The position numbers and the translations under genes were made by a program. Of a DNA stretch of 64,000 bases, positions 37,302-51,239 are shown in pieces. Under the pieces are notes generated by a model. It ran no database searches. It was not told the DNA's origin and saw nothing but the letters and a program-made list of their open reading frames with translations. Numbering within the stretch: the first letter of the stretch is position 1; each line of letters starts with the position of its first letter. The stretch comes from Raillietiella orientalis (Eukaryota): assembly GCA_036172245.1 (NCBI GenBank), contig JAYWIR010000110.1, positions 1 to 64,000 of the forward strand, in the 5' to 3' direction.

Positions 37302-37354
37302 AAAGAAATAGTTTAATGAATATTTTGTTTACATCAAAAAGGAAAATTTCTTTA
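37302..37354 (+). tRNA. trnV: mt-tRNA-Val, NUMT copy
   Basis: Paralog of 7485-7537. Confidence 0.72.
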
Positions 37355-37376
37355 TTTATACTAATATGACCGAAAT

Positions 37377-38082
37377 TAAATTTAGGATTGAATTATGCTT
37401 TACGTTAAAGGCTATTAGTAATAATTTTTGCATGAGGTTTAGTGTTAATTCGAATAATAAGGTATATATAAATTTTAAAAGCAGATACATAGTATTTAAT
37501 TTTAATTATAAAAAGGATTTGAATTAGTAATGATTTAATGTTTTATGAATATACGTGCGAGCAATAGCGGTTAAACGTGAAAGTTAAATTAACATTAATG
37601 TTTTATCAATTTAATATGAGAATTTTGGTTCGATATGAGGTTATTGGTTTTAGATGAGCTATTATTAATAAAGTAGAATTAGGTACTCTAATATAAATAG
37701 TGGATATTAAAAAATAGGGAAGGGCACATATATGAATTGGTTGTAATGAGTATTATTAGAGGAGTTTGCTTAGTGTACGATAACCCGCGAGGAACTTACT
37801 TTTTTTAGTGTTTGTATACCGTTGATTCGATTATTTAAGAGTAATTAATTTTCTAAATAGATTGTAATTAAGAGTTCTAATCAACATGCAGCATAAAAAA
37901 GAATGATTTGTGTACTACGTTATCTTAAATTTGGATCTGTTGAATTGAAATAGGATTTAATTTAAAATTTGTTTAAGAAGAGCAAGTTGAATTTAACAGT
38001 CATTAAATACAAATCGCCCGTCGCTCTGATATAATATGAGATAAGTCGTAACATAGTAGATGTACCGGAAGATGTATCTAGG
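37377..38082 (+). rRNA. rrnS: Mitochondrial 12S rRNA, NUMT pseudogene
   Basis: Same conserved motifs. Confidence 0.92.
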
Positions 38083-38089
38083 CAAATGG

Positions 38090-39260
38090 GTTATTTACTA
38101 GTAGAAGTAAAGATTGGCTTGATGTTGATAATTATTTAAAATTTCGTTAAGTTTGAATATGAGATTATTAGTAAGAAATTTTATTTTATAATGATAGTGA
38201 AATGTACTGAATACGACAGTCAATTAATAGTGATAAAGTATTAAAATTAATTACCTTTTGTATCAGAGTGGAATCAATTGAAAATTTATATTTCATGTTT
38301 GAATTTTAATGAGTTAAATAAAATGATTGTTGTATGTAACAAAATATAGCGGAATTTTATTTAGGGGTGATATGCTGACAAATTAATAGTTCTAATTATT
38401 AGTAAGTAAAAATTGGGGATAAACTTGATTTATTTATAAATATAATAATAGGTATAAATTAGGAGCATTGAAGTAGCTATTACAAAGTTTTAATACTAAG
38501 TTAATGTTGATTTTTAAAGTATTATGGTAATCTAATGTAATTAAAAATAATTTATGTGAAATAATGTTTCAATTACTAACATCTTAGGTAAGATTAAATT
38601 GTGAAGTGGGAATATTATAAGGAATTAGGCAAAAATTTGTTTCAACTATTTCTTAAAAACATTTCCTTATGAGTAATATAAGGTATAATCTGCCCGGTGT
38701 ATAATAAACAGCTGCAGTGTATTGACTGTACTAAGGTAGCATACTAGTTAGTTATTTCATTGATAACCTGAATGAAAGATTGTATTAAGCAAGACTGTCT
38801 TATTTTGTGTATTTGAATTTAATGTTATAGTGAAAAATCTATAGTGAATTTAGGGGACGAGAAGACCCTTCAGAACTAGTGTCTTTGAATAGATTGAAAA
38901 TGTGGTAGTGAAATGAGATTTTGATGAGATGTTATCTGGGGCGGATAATGAAGAATTTATCTTCATGTTTCAAAATTTATATATTAAGTAAAATTTATCT
39001 TGAAATGAAGAAAAAGTTACCTAAGGGATAAAAACGTAATTTTCATGGAAAGTTCTAATTGATATGAAATTTTACGACCTCTATGTTGAATTAGGCATCT
39101 ATAAGACGAAGAAGGTTTATAGCAGCAGTCTGTTCGACTGAAAATCCTACATGATTTGAATTTAGATCGGCGTAAGCCAGATTGGTTTACATCTTTAAAT
39201 TATAACTTGTTTTGTTAGTACGAAAGAATTGGAAAGTTAAAATATTTTTTGGGTAAAGGA
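38090..39260 (+). rRNA. rrnL: Mitochondrial 16S rRNA, NUMT pseudogene
   Basis: Same motifs. Confidence 0.93.
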
Positions 39261-39359
39261 AAATTTTGATATCCATGATTTAAAGAATTCTTTGAGTAGT
39301 TAGACTTTCTTAGAATTAATTATTGGAAATTTCAGATATTTTGAAAGTTGAACGTGTTA

Positions 39360-40220
39360 ATGGTCATTCAGAGAATATTTGCGATGTTACTGGTATTGGT
39401 TAGTGTGTCTTTCGTGACTTTGGTTGAGCGTAAGGTTTTAGGAGTACAATGACTCTAGAGGCCGGGTAAAGAAGGTGTTGGTATTTTTCAGCCTATTGTT
39501 GATGGTTCAAAATTGTTGAATAAGGAACTTTATGATGTAATGGGTAGAAATAGAGTTGGTTATAAGTTGGGTCCGTTGATTATGGTGTTAGTGATGGTAG
39601 GAATGTGAGTGATTTATCCTAGAAGTTGGGGATTGGTGGGGGAAATCATAGGTTTACTGTTGTTTGTGTGTTATTTAACAGTTAGGATATGTGAAGAATT
39701 AATGGGTGGCTGAGCTAGTAATAGGAAATATAGGTATGTTGGTGTGGTGCGTTCAGTAGCTCAGATGATTTCTTATGAAGTATGTATGATTGTTGTATTA
39801 ATGGGTATAGTAGTATATTTGGGTGGATATGAATTAGATGTGGAGGTAGAGAGCTGGTTAGTGTTTTGTAGGGCGGGTGGATTAATTGTATGGATTGTTG
39901 AATGTTTAGTAGAAGTTAATCTTTTACCGTATAATTTTCTGGAAAGTGAATCTGAGTTGGTGTCTGGATATAATGCGGAGTATGGTGGTATATTGTTTGC
40001 TTTTTTTATTTTTGTCGGAATATGGATTTATCGTTTATTGAAGGTTGAATACAAGATTTTAATTTTTAGGAGGTTGTTATATGGTGAGAATCAAAACTTT
40101 ATTTGTAATGTATGTGATTGTTTGATTCCGATGGGTATTGCCTCGTTATCGTTATGATAAGTAGATATATCTGTGTTGGGGTGTTTTATTATATTGTGTG
40201 TTTTATTTCTTACTGTCGGG
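39360..40220 (+). pseudogene. nad1: nad1 NUMT pseudogene
   Basis: Same motifs. Confidence 0.96.
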
Positions 40221-40353
40221 AGGGAAAGTAGCGATGATAAGAATGAATGGGTATGATTTGATGGGAAGAATGGGGGGGTATGTGATGTCAAAAATTAGTT
40301 TATGAGAATAGTAATTTTGGGTGTTAAAGGATTATGTCTTGATGAAAGGTTAT

Positions 40354-40409
40354 TGCATTTTATTTTTTTTTGATTTACAAAATCAATGTTTCAATTAAAC
40401 TATGAAGGC
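40354..40409 (-). tRNA. trnT: mt-tRNA-Thr, NUMT copy
   Basis: Paralog of 10536-10591. Confidence 0.7.
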
Positions 40410-40559
40410 TGGGATTATGGATAGAGAATAATGGAAAGAGATAATGATTAAGTGACTGATGCTCTTTGTTCATGGGTACCTTGGCTGTTGGGTATTTTCG
40501 AGTTCTTGATGTGCAAAGGATGAAGAATGAGGATTTTGACAATGGTAATCCTTACCCTG

Positions 40560-42508
40560 CCAGTTTGCTTACCAGTCGCTGCGCCTCTTGAAGTTGCATG
40601 TGTATGACCCGTGATCCATGTAGACAGAAGTCTTCGTGGGGATACAATCACCACCGCGATGTGGTGTTACGTGAATGTACGTTGGCACTGTGCCTTGACG
40701 ATGTATTTTCCCTCCGCGCAACTTGCTCCTTTTGCTCATGGTCAGAAGCAGTGAGCATTGCCGTATGCATAGCTACAGTTGACGCACGTATGCAGGGAAC
40801 GCGTTTCATGCTGGTCTAGAAAATAGCGGTAGGTTATTTGCCTTGGTTCTCGCTTTCAGAAATGATCATAGCTTACGTGTGGTACTCGAGAATGTCAACA
40901 AGGATTGCATACCTCCAACACACATTCTTCGTTCCACATTTCACTATTTTCAGATTTGAACTTTTCTGTGCACTTGATTGTAGCCTGCATAACCTCGTGT
41001 TCTTGAGAAACACACTCGGATGCATATTCCATCGAGATCAGGCGCTCTTCTGGGATTGGACGTTTCACGGAAAGCAAGCAGCGGATTCAGAATCTGTTCT
41101 GCAGCACGCACTTGGTCTCGTGCCTCTCGGGCGTGAATGGCAACGCTTTGGACTATCTGGAGAAACCAAATTGTGAGTTGCGGCTCTGCACGGTTCACTT
41201 GTTTCGAGATGCTCATACCGTTTGCGACGGCAACTGTCATTCGCATCGTGATGCTTGTGACGGAGGTGTCAAACCTTAGTTAGCTTAGACGCTGAAGATG
41301 CAGGTGTTCTCTAGCAAAAGTGGAACCTCCGGACGGATTTTGCTTCCAGAAGCCCCCAACAATTTGTTGGGTCTAATAGTCGCAAGCGGTCTCTGAGTAA
41401 ATTGGTGTGCTGCCATCGTCGTTTCGAAGTAGATGATGTGGAAAAGTGGGAACATTCTGTAGAGCCTCCCTATTACGTTGCGATCCGCCATCGCACACAC
41501 GTGCTGTTACTTTCACGGCGGGTCCCTGTACGTAACCGAACAAAAGGCACTCTTAAACCAAGTCACTTGAGAGTTTTCACACGCAAGAACATGATGCGAA
41601 CCAACTCCGCTCTTTCCACGTACTTGAGCTGCTCTCCAGATATCCATCAACCTGGTGCCGAGATGAAGAAGTGTTGAAATAAGGCGCTCCACCGATGAAA
41701 AACGCAATCTTTTGGGAGCATAAATACAACCCGGCAATTAAGGAAGCCACCACCCGCAATGTCTCATGCAAGTTTCTTCGACATTGGAACACGCCGCTCG
41801 CAAACTCTCTATTGGACGTAAAGGGTCTTCCAAAGTGGTTGATGTGCGCCATCCATCCCTCGATATGGCGCTATTTCTGTCCGGTTGATAGCAGGCTACT
41901 AATGGCGATATGATTTTCACTCGCGGACTATCTAACCAACAGCCTATTATCTTTAACTTGAATACATATGGAGGAACGAATGTGTCAATACTTTACGGTC
42001 CTTTTCTTTCTACCAGTACTTTCACGGTTCTCGATTGCTGCAAAGCAACTTACGTGCCTTCGATTACGAATGAACTCAAAATTCCATGTACTAAGTGCGA
42101 TAATGGACTTGATCTTTTGGTTATCAAAGTCGATGGAACTCAAGACACGTGTCCGATGCTCACATGCATCTATTCATATGGACGGATTCTTCCTGCTGAA
42201 AAGTGGATGCGTCGATTCCTTTGTACCCCTGCGTTTAACTGTGCATATTGACGTGTCAACACCCTGGCGGTTTTCTCGCCGTGGATACGGATAATGTGTC
42301 GCTTTCCATTCAGACGAAAAACGCGGTTTCTCGTCAGCAACTCATGGAATCAAAGATTGGCGATTTTCCCTCAGCTTTCTCCAAGTGCTGCAATGTTCGC
42401 ATCATCGGACGGTTGTTGCGCAATTCATAAGCGGCTTGGTCACAAGCAGCCTCAAGTGTCTTAATCCTTTCTACGGAAGAACATTTCTCCATTGACGCCT
42501 AAATGATC
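40560..42508 (-). mobile_element. Degenerate piggyBac-type remnant (unit 3, truncated by deletion)
   Basis: Paralog of 10740-12690. Confidence 0.6.
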
Positions 42509-43803
42509 GACTGCCATTGTTCCGGGGTTCATGAGAAGTCTCCGGCTTAAACTACCATCGGTGCCCCGACCGAATTTCATCGTACTCCCGTCGCCATTGC
42601 AGGAGAAACTCGGAACCCAACGACGCAGTTGCGTCATTTTCTGCCATATCCTTCGATTTCGCGACGCATCGTGCCATGCACAGAAGCCTTAACCCCAAAG
42701 CCTTTGACCCGCCCTAATCTTTATCCTCATCTTTAAGAGCAACGTGCGTCCCACTATCTCTCGGAATATCACGGTAAAACAGTCATGAATTTGAATACGC
42801 TTGGTCGTAACGCTGGAAAGGAGGGAACTTTGTGATGGATTCGCTTCCAATCATTTCACAATTCCTCCATTCAAAAATAAATTCAAGTGAATTCGGCAAC
42901 AACACTAATGGTAAAATTGCAAAATTCTGGAATAAGAGTTCAATCGATTTGCAGTGTAAATGCGGTCGCATGATGCGAGGAAACGAAACCTTCCCGTGGC
43001 AACTACGTAGCTAAACCCTACGTCGCAGTATTCCAGCAGCCACAAGAGACCCTCATGGAGCGCCTTCTACAACGAGATCCCAAATACGCGTTCGCGGTTG
43101 GAACGCGGAGGCGGGCGCAGAGCTTCGTTCTCGGCGGCCCACAACTGACTGAGATACAGCGTATGCGGCTCCTCAACTGCTCGCCAGCGCGCAGGCGCGG
43201 TTCGCTGCCCGCGGAACACCGGTCGCGCTAACGTTACGTGCACTCATATCCAGCAGAACATTGGTCTCGCTGCCTTGACGACACACATCATGGCATCGTC
43301 GTTTATAATTCTATTGGCGGATCACGAATTCGAATTTTCCAGCATTCGAGAAATACTTTCAGGATACGACGGACTGTGTTCTCTCTTGTCTCGCGTCCTG
43401 CACAATTGCTGTTCTTCAAACGTTTCGACTGCACGCAAGGCGGACCATCGGGGTCTCGGATCCACCTCAGCCTCCAGCTGTTAGTACCGCTTCCAAGAGG
43501 ACCTCAGTCAGCAGTATGGAGTGCGCGGCCAGTGCACCGCTGGCCGCCCTCGCTCACGTTGAACACCCCTGTCAGCGTTCGGCGGCTGCTCGCGTCTGCG
43601 GATTGTGCCAGCGGGCAGACCGTGCGCGGGCGAACTTGCTTTTGACGCCATTCGAACGCGGAAGAAGCCAAACTTTCCGTGCAATTCTCGCCACCTGTTC
43701 ACGGCAAATCGCCACAGCCTAGCTCACCTGTGTGACAGCTGAACTCCCTCAGCGTACCAAGGAAGTGGATTGATTTTTCTCTCTATGATTGTTTCTTCCA
43801 GGT

Positions 43804-44469
43804 ATGCCGAAGAAATCAGCAAATCCTACGCTACGAAAGCGGACTAGGATCTATCTTCGCCTTCTACTCCGGAACAGACGCTTCCTCCGCTGATATTTCA
43901 TACACCGCACGAAGCTTCTCACCATCGTCGAGGTGCCCGAAGAAGAGCAAAGCGCGGAGCTGATAGAGCAACTTCTTAAGGGTTAGGCCGTTCAGGAGCA
44001 CCAGCATGAGGAGACACCTGCAGTGCAGATGGAGCGGTACCAGGAGCACCTGCAGGAGCACTTAGCAGCTCGGAAGCCGGATCAGCAGCAGCTGCTGTCT
44101 GGCGCCATGGACGCGCTCGCGTGCCGGCCGGAGCACGACCCCAACGAAGCAGAACGGCGTCCACGCGGACGCTGCTCCACGCAGCACGGATCCTCTAGCA
44201 ATAAACATAACTCTTATTGCATTACAGGTCATCTTTCGCGATGCTGGGATCGCGTACTTGGTTTTTTGGATGCGGCCTGCATGCTACCGAGCGAGAGTGA
44301 CGATGATGGAGACCCCCAAGCGCCAAGCCTATCATGGGGAGCAATATGGTGTTTTTTTCTAATTTCCTATTTACTGCTAGTGTTCTATCTCAGGTTAGTA
44401 CTTCTTCGTCGCGACCTTCGTTCCCCAGTGGCGTTTGTTCCCTGCTTCAGGTTTCTGATTTGGTGGTAG
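43804..44469 (+). pseudogene. Orphan protein, A lineage, disrupted
   Basis: In-frame TGA at 43891 and TAG at 43984; upstream donor GTGAGT changed to GTTAGT. Confidence 0.6.
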
Positions 44470-44579
44470 CGGAACAAGCAATGGAATCGTCCTGTTTACA
44501 CGAGTGGCGTCCGCTCATCTTCTTCGTCCTCTGTTTGATGATCCGCTATTTAGTTTCGTGTGGAAATCCAAATTCTGGA

Positions 44580-46515
44580 GTTCAGTGAGTTTACGGATTT
44601 CAAAGTTGCCGGGCAATCTTAAGTGAAATTCGTATATTTATTAATAAGCAAATAAACTAGAGGAATAACCAAGCCTCAATATTTATTAACAAGCTCATAT
44701 CAGGAACATATTCAGGAATTTGCTTGGACTTATGCTTTGAGATTGCTAACAGATGAAGTTGTATTTGTGGTTTTTGTTCGTTGGGTACATCACTAGACAC
44801 ATAGCAGAAGTAAGATAATATACACATAGGATTCAACAATTTTGAACACATGCATTCCTCGTGCGCTTGCGTTTCCGAAAGCACCGTCATTCACCCAATA
44901 CTTGAAAAATTTTTTCTACATTCAATTCAGACGTAAGAATTCGGAAGGCCAAATGGGAAGGGTTTTAGAAACTCGTTCCACGACTTTCCCTTTTTTCTCC
45001 TTATTGCCACAGATTCTCCACAATACTGGCAAGTTGAAACAGTGTATAGATTCTCTGGCTTCATAGACATTCTATTTACATGTTCCCATATATGGCTTTT
45101 TATGAACACCAATACAATTTAATGGAAGTAATTTGAATGTATCTTCGATGTTTCTAAACTTCCTATACCTGTTATACATTTGCTTATCATACTAAGTTGG
45201 TTGAGAAAATGTAAATTCTTTCTTACGGGCACATGGATTGCTAATGAGCTCGAGTGGAATTGCGTCGACGCTGCCTATTGTGGTGTCGTCATGGAAAGGT
45301 TTTCAAGGGTCGTAACTAACACTGCTGCAAGGAAGATGATCCCTCAGAAAACAAGCTCGTTTCTAGAGCAGAGCGCATCCTACCAGAACTTTAGTACATC
45401 CCGATTGCAGATCCTCCGCAGTTCAGGAAAGCCATTTCTGTGCGATCGAAAAGAGGTATCTAGCCTCAAGTTTTGCCACGCCGCAAAGTGAATTGCAGAA
45501 TCGAGATTTCGGGAGCCAAATATAAATTTTGGATTTGGTTGCCTTAGGCATTGCGATCCGTGCAGTCCCACGCTACAGAAATTTGCTGACTGCGTGGCCA
45601 GATTGCACAAGACGCAGGCAGCTGCTGGTGAAAGTGGTGATGCTCTTCGTTGCCCTGTTACCCACTGGGATGTCACTCAATTTGGTGAGCATACGGGGTA
45701 GGAAACATTCGTTTATTTCTATCCCGATGTGGCCGCTTCTTCTCCTCTTCCCTAGCTTTTTTCTGTGCCCCATGGCAACAACGTGGTGCTCTTAAGGATC
45801 GTTGGCTTGCAAGTAGCGAAAGTGCATTTTCCGCGCTTGCTTGCTACCTACGTGCTGCGGTCGCGGACTGCTTCCGTAATAAAATCGAGAATGGCGCAGA
45901 GACAAGTCCTTTTGCGGAAAGTAGTGAGAGAGCAAATCTTTTTTATCCATGCTAGTTGCAGAAAATGAGCTACGGATACCAAGATTCTTATTTTCACAAC
46001 ATTCTTTTATTGCGTAGCTTGAAAATGATGCAACCTATTACTTGCAGGAATATTATGCATACACCATATGTTTTATCATTTGCCTTTTGAAAGCTGTTCG
46101 TGGCTGGGACGTGTTGTATATAGTTGAGCATCATTTGAAGCAAAATCATAGGAAGATGTCTGCCTGGGTTTCTGGATTCACAATATTGGTTGGGGGTTTC
46201 GTAGGAGACCAAAACTTTTCTTACATACGCCCATCAAACATGTGGCGAATGTTAAGAAACTTCTTTGGTAGATGATAGTTTTCCAAAGTAGATGAGTGGA
46301 TTAAACCTTTAGTTTGAAATGGTAAAGCTGTACAGTTTCCAACGCGGCCTAGCACGATAATGAATTTCATTTAAGCAGGAGTCACGTTTTCGGTTTGTGC
46401 GTATGCACATTTATCAGCTCAATCTTTCGAGGAACTCGTGGCCGCTTACTTTCGACAGGAACACCTCCATTTTCCTGGTTCGCTTGGGGCAAACGGATCA
46501 AATCCTTCCTCTCTT
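44580..46515 (+). pseudogene. Degenerate Maverick pPolB (unit 4)
   Basis: As unit 2; retains QKFAD at ~45576 (~WGKFxQ, motif B). Confidence 0.72.
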
Positions 46516-46734
46516 AACTCTCAACATTGAAGGTTGTTGCTTTCATAACGGCGTCGATAGGAAACTAGACAAACAGTCTGAGCGATGCTTGAATCGAAGA
46601 CAAGCTACTGCTGAGCGGCGGCGGGAATCCTTGAGGTGTTCTTTCTGAACTGAAACTGAAGTGGCACACTTCTTAAGAAACTAATGTTCGGTGGAAATCC
46701 TTATCTTAATTTCCATTCTTGACATGTTTATTTT

Positions 46735-47620
46735 GTGCGTATACGAATGGAAATACCAGAGATTGAGACATTCATCACACTTGACGGAGCATCCAAAAAT
46801 TTTAAACTTTCGATTCGTTTCTACAAAAGCATGGAAAAGTCCATTCTCGAGACAGGTGTATGTATTCTTAATGCGTCGCTTGTTCTGTGTTCCTTGAAAG
46901 ATACTGAAACCAATAGGTTCACTCATTTCGAAGCATGGGAATGTCCGTGCGCAATGGAAACGGTGCACAGCAATAGTTTCCGGTACAGGGAAGAGCTCAT
47001 TTCCGTTTCAGTTTTCCCCGTGGGATACGCACAGCTCTCAGGAATAAAAGGATTCACAGTCTCTGGAAACGATGTCGTGTAGAAGTCGATTTGTCAGCAC
47101 CTGTTGCTCGCGCCTCGAAGAGCATGCCAGTTTCGAGGAGAATTGCGGTCGGCTGGCAACATCGGACCTGTGAGGAAGTGCGGCCACGCGGCCCGAGAAC
47201 TGCTGCAGTGCAACGGTGATGGAGGTGGGAGCTTGCCCGCTCAGAGTTCCCTCGTGCGCCATGCAGAGTACCCAAAGTTTACCGTTTGCAGAAATTTCGC
47301 ATTTCGCCACGGCACGCTTTTTGCCCGTACCAATCTGAAGAGCCTTCCGGAAGCGGCTGGAGGGTGGGCTGCAAAGCGCAATCTTCGCTGTTGATTTTCA
47401 GTTCGGAGAGCTTACTGTACTTAAGCGGAAAATGCTTTATTTCCGCTAAACGAATGTCGTTTATGATTGTCATCCGAGCGAAGAATCTTTGAAGTGTCAC
47501 CTTCGTTACAGAGCGGTTCTCATCAAAACGAATCCCGTTTATCCCAAAGTGGCAACAAGTACCCGCAGAGGCCCCCAACGCTCTCCACGAATATCCCATG
47601 GTAGTGTGCCATCTAGAAAG
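46735..47620 (+). pseudogene. Degenerate Maverick minor capsid (unit 4, long form)
   Basis: Paralogous to 18022-18910. Confidence 0.5.
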
Positions 47621-47959
47621 CACGTCTTCTGAACGGTTGAATGCTTTCTTTAATGCTCTCACCGAATCAAATCATTTCACTCCATCCGTTGTTACCATGG
47701 ATACTTTCTAATCTCGGTTCCATTTTCTCTAAAATCTTTGTTCTTCTTTTTCGAGCACTTCAGGAACGATCGTCACCGTCGGACAGAGCGCTTTCCGTCG
47801 TGATAAAGCAAACGGGCAACAGGTTGCCAGCACGTTCGCATCCGAAAAAGGACTAGATAGAAGAGCACACTGTCGTGCTCCATGTGCTCAAGGCCGATCG
47901 CGTCCATCGTGAACCAGCGTCTATGAGCTACTGTCTCACATATCCCTTATCATTACGTT

Positions 47960-49160
47960 GAATGTTATGGAATGAAGTGGATCTCGTGAAAAAGAGTTGA
48001 CCTCATGGTTGTTGCTGTTTCGCTGTGATCGTCCGGTCCCTGCGAGCTTTCAAATGTTCACTTGCATGCACCATCGCCGTTGAACAACGTTCAAATCGAT
48101 CCTCTCTCCTGAAGGTTGGATTAAATCGAGAGGAATCTCTACTGCTCAAGCACTCTCTATCTGACTTTTTTAATAGATAGTGAAAGCATTTATGAAGACA
48201 ACATTCCAAATGTCTGCACAACGCCAGAGCCGAATCATATACGTTCATCGATATGCATATGTCGATGTATGGGGAAGGTTTTCGTCGACCTACCGTTTGC
48301 TGTCACGGAGCACTGACACGCTGCATTCAGGCAGCCTATTTATCATTTATTACGAATTTTTTCCCACTTTCGTGCCACCAAGACTGTACTTGATTTTCCG
48401 CTGTCGGAGTATCTGCGAGCAATGCCGCGGATTGAGGTCACTCTTCATGGTCAGATATTCCTTGCCATATGCTGTCCCGACTACGTTTAGATAATGTAGC
48501 TTCGGTACATTTCTCCAGAGCAATGCCTCTGCCGGAGTTTCTGTCTTCCATGGTATTCCAACATCCTTCCGAAAAACGCACGTGTTCGTTCCCAGGAAAG
48601 GTGTAACCTCGTGCACTTACGGTCAATTCACAAAGCTCCACGTTTCGTTTACCATACTGAAGATCAACTCTTGCACGCTCTGCAAAGAAGATATTTTGCT
48701 AATTTTGACTTCCAGCAATTGAATTTCGGACTTTCACGCAAGCATTTTAAGGTTCTGAAGGGAATTGTGGACTCAAAAGAAATCGGGGAATTCCAATTTC
48801 ATCCTGTAGAAGGTGAGCAGTCAAAAGTTTGTGATCTTTATGGTCTAGTAGGCGTTATGCGACGAGACGAGGTATGCTTCCGCAATCATAATAATCACAC
48901 ACAAAGGAAACCTTCATTACACCCTGAAACTCTGCGTGGTTCAGGGATTTAAAACCACGATACTCCTCACGATTCGAGTACTATTGCTGATTGAGGAGAA
49001 GAACAATTTTTTTGCTATTTCTGAACAGAACGCTGCCAAATCTTCGTTTCGTTTTCTATCCAGGAGATCGGTGTCATCAACTTGGGAGTTATCTATTTCT
49101 ACTTGTATCCTACGAGATTCAACGTGCGGCAGAAGCCCATTCACATCTGGAAGGCAGCGA
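47960..49160 (+). pseudogene. Degenerate Maverick major capsid protein (unit 4)
   Basis: Near-identical to 19245-20445. Confidence 0.6.
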
Positions 49161-49521
49161 TGATACATATGTACATATATATAAATATATATGTACAAAT
49201 GCAAATGAATATGTATAATTATATTTAACATCTTTCATTATACATACATGTTCTATGTACTGTAAGATAAAAATATTTAAGTACATTAATTATTCATTAT
49301 AATAAAATATTAATTTTATACCTGACATATAATGTAATAGTTATATTAAATTTTCAGAGTACAAAGAACATTCTTTGATTTATAATTAACTCCAAATGTT
49401 TTATATAACAATCATTTATTGTTATTATTATAAAATATATTATCCTCAGTTAGTATGAAAAAACTAATTCCCAAAATATTTTTAATTTTAAAAAAAATGA
49501 ATTCAGATTCATTTTTCATAA

Positions 49522-49574
49522 AAAGAAATAGTTTAATGAATATTTTGTTTACATCAAAAAGGAAAATTTCTTTA
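49522..49574 (+). tRNA. trnV: mt-tRNA-Val, NUMT copy
   Basis: Paralog of 7485-7537. Confidence 0.72.
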
Positions 49575-49596
49575 TTTATACTAATATGACAGAAAT

Positions 49597-50302
49597 TAAA
49601 TTTGGGATTGAATTATGCTTTACGTTAAAGGCTATTAGTAATAATTTTTGCATGAGGTTTAGTGTTAATTCGAATAATAAGGTATATATAAATTTTAAAA
49701 GCAGATACATAGTATTTAATTTTAATTATAAAAAGGATTTGAATTAGTAATGATTTAATGTTTTATGAATATACGTGCGAGCAATAGCGGTTAAACGTGA
49801 AAGTTAAATTAACATTAATGTTTTATCAATTTAATATGAGAATTTTGGTTCGATATGAGGTTATTGGTTTTAGATGAGCTATTATTAATAAAGTAGAATT
49901 AGGTACTCTAATATAAATAGTGGATATTAAAAAATAGGGAAGGGGACTTATATGAATTGGTGGTAATGAGAATTATTAGAGGAGTTTGCTTAGTAAACGG
50001 TAATCCGCGAGGAACTTACTTTTTATAGTGTTTGTATATCGTTGATTCGTTTATTTAAGAGTAATTAATTTTCTAAATAGATTGTAATTAAGAGTGCTAA
50101 TCAAGATGCAGTATAAAAAAGAATGATTTGTGTACTACGTTATCTTAAATTTGGATGTGTTGAATTGAAATAGGATTTAATTGTAAATTTGTTTAAGAAG
50201 AGCAAGTTGAATTTAACAATCATTAAATTCAAATCGCCCGTCGCTCTGATATAATATTAGATAAGTCGTAACATAGTAGATGTACCGGAAGGTGTATCTA
50301 GG
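49597..50302 (+). rRNA. rrnS: Mitochondrial 12S rRNA, NUMT pseudogene
   Basis: Same conserved motifs. Confidence 0.92.
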
Positions 50303-50309
50303 CAAATGG

Positions 50310-51140
50310 GTAATTTACTAGTAGAAGTAACGATTGGCTTGAAGTTGATAATGATTTAAAATTTGGTTAAGTTTGAGTATGAGATTATTAGTAAGAAATT
50401 TTATTTTATAATGATAGTGAAAAGTACTGAATACGACAGTCAATTAATAGTGATAAAGTATTAAAATTAATTACCTTTTGTATCAGAGTGGAATCAATTG
50501 AAAATTTATATTTAATGTTTGAATGTTAATGAGTTAAATAAAATGATTGTTGTATGTAACAAAATATAGCGGCATTTTATTTAGGGGTGATATGCTGACA
50601 AATTAATAGTTCTAATTATTAGTAAGTAAAAATTGGGGATAAACTTAATTTATTCATAAATATAATAACAGGTATAAATTTGGAGCATTGAAGTAGCTAT
50701 TACAAAGTTTTAATACTAAGTTAATGTTGATTTTTAAAGTATTATGGTAATCTAATGTAATTAAAAATAATTTATGTGAAATAATGTTTCAATTACTAAC
50801 ATCTTAGGTAAGATTAAATTGTGAAGTGGGAATATTATAAGGAATTAGGCAAAAATTTGTTTCAACTATTTCTTAAAAACATTTCCTTATGAATAATGTA
50901 AGGTATAATCTGCCCGGTATATAATAAACAGCTGCAGTATATTGACTGTACTAAGGTAGCATACCAGTTAGTTATTTCATTGATAACCTGAATGAAAGAT
51001 TGTATTAAGCAAGACTGTCTTAAATCCTACATGATTTGAGTTTAGATCGGCGTAAGCCTGATTGGTTTAAATCTTTAAATTACGATGTATTTTCTTAGTA
51101 CGAAAGGATTGGAAAGTTAAAATATTTTATGGGTGAAGAA
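50310..51140 (+). rRNA. rrnL: Mitochondrial 16S rRNA, NUMT pseudogene with most of domain V deleted
   Basis: Lacks GACGAGAAGACCCT through GTTCGACT. Confidence 0.9.
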
Positions 51141-51239
51141 AAATTTTAATATCCATGATTTAAAGAATTCTTTGAGTAGCTAGAGTTTCTTAATATTAAT
51201 GTTTGGAAAGTTCAGATGTTTTGAAAGTTGAACGTGTTA

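Larger units (their letters stand above)
36940..40555 (+). other. NUMT copy 3
   Basis: Same content and junctions as copy 1. Confidence 0.95.
29447..44807. repeat. Tandem composite unit 3: B-type Maverick relic with longer LINE, 1.1 kb deletion, disrupted A-type orphan ORF
   Basis: Collinear with units 1 and 2; deletion junction at ~42508. Confidence 0.95.
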
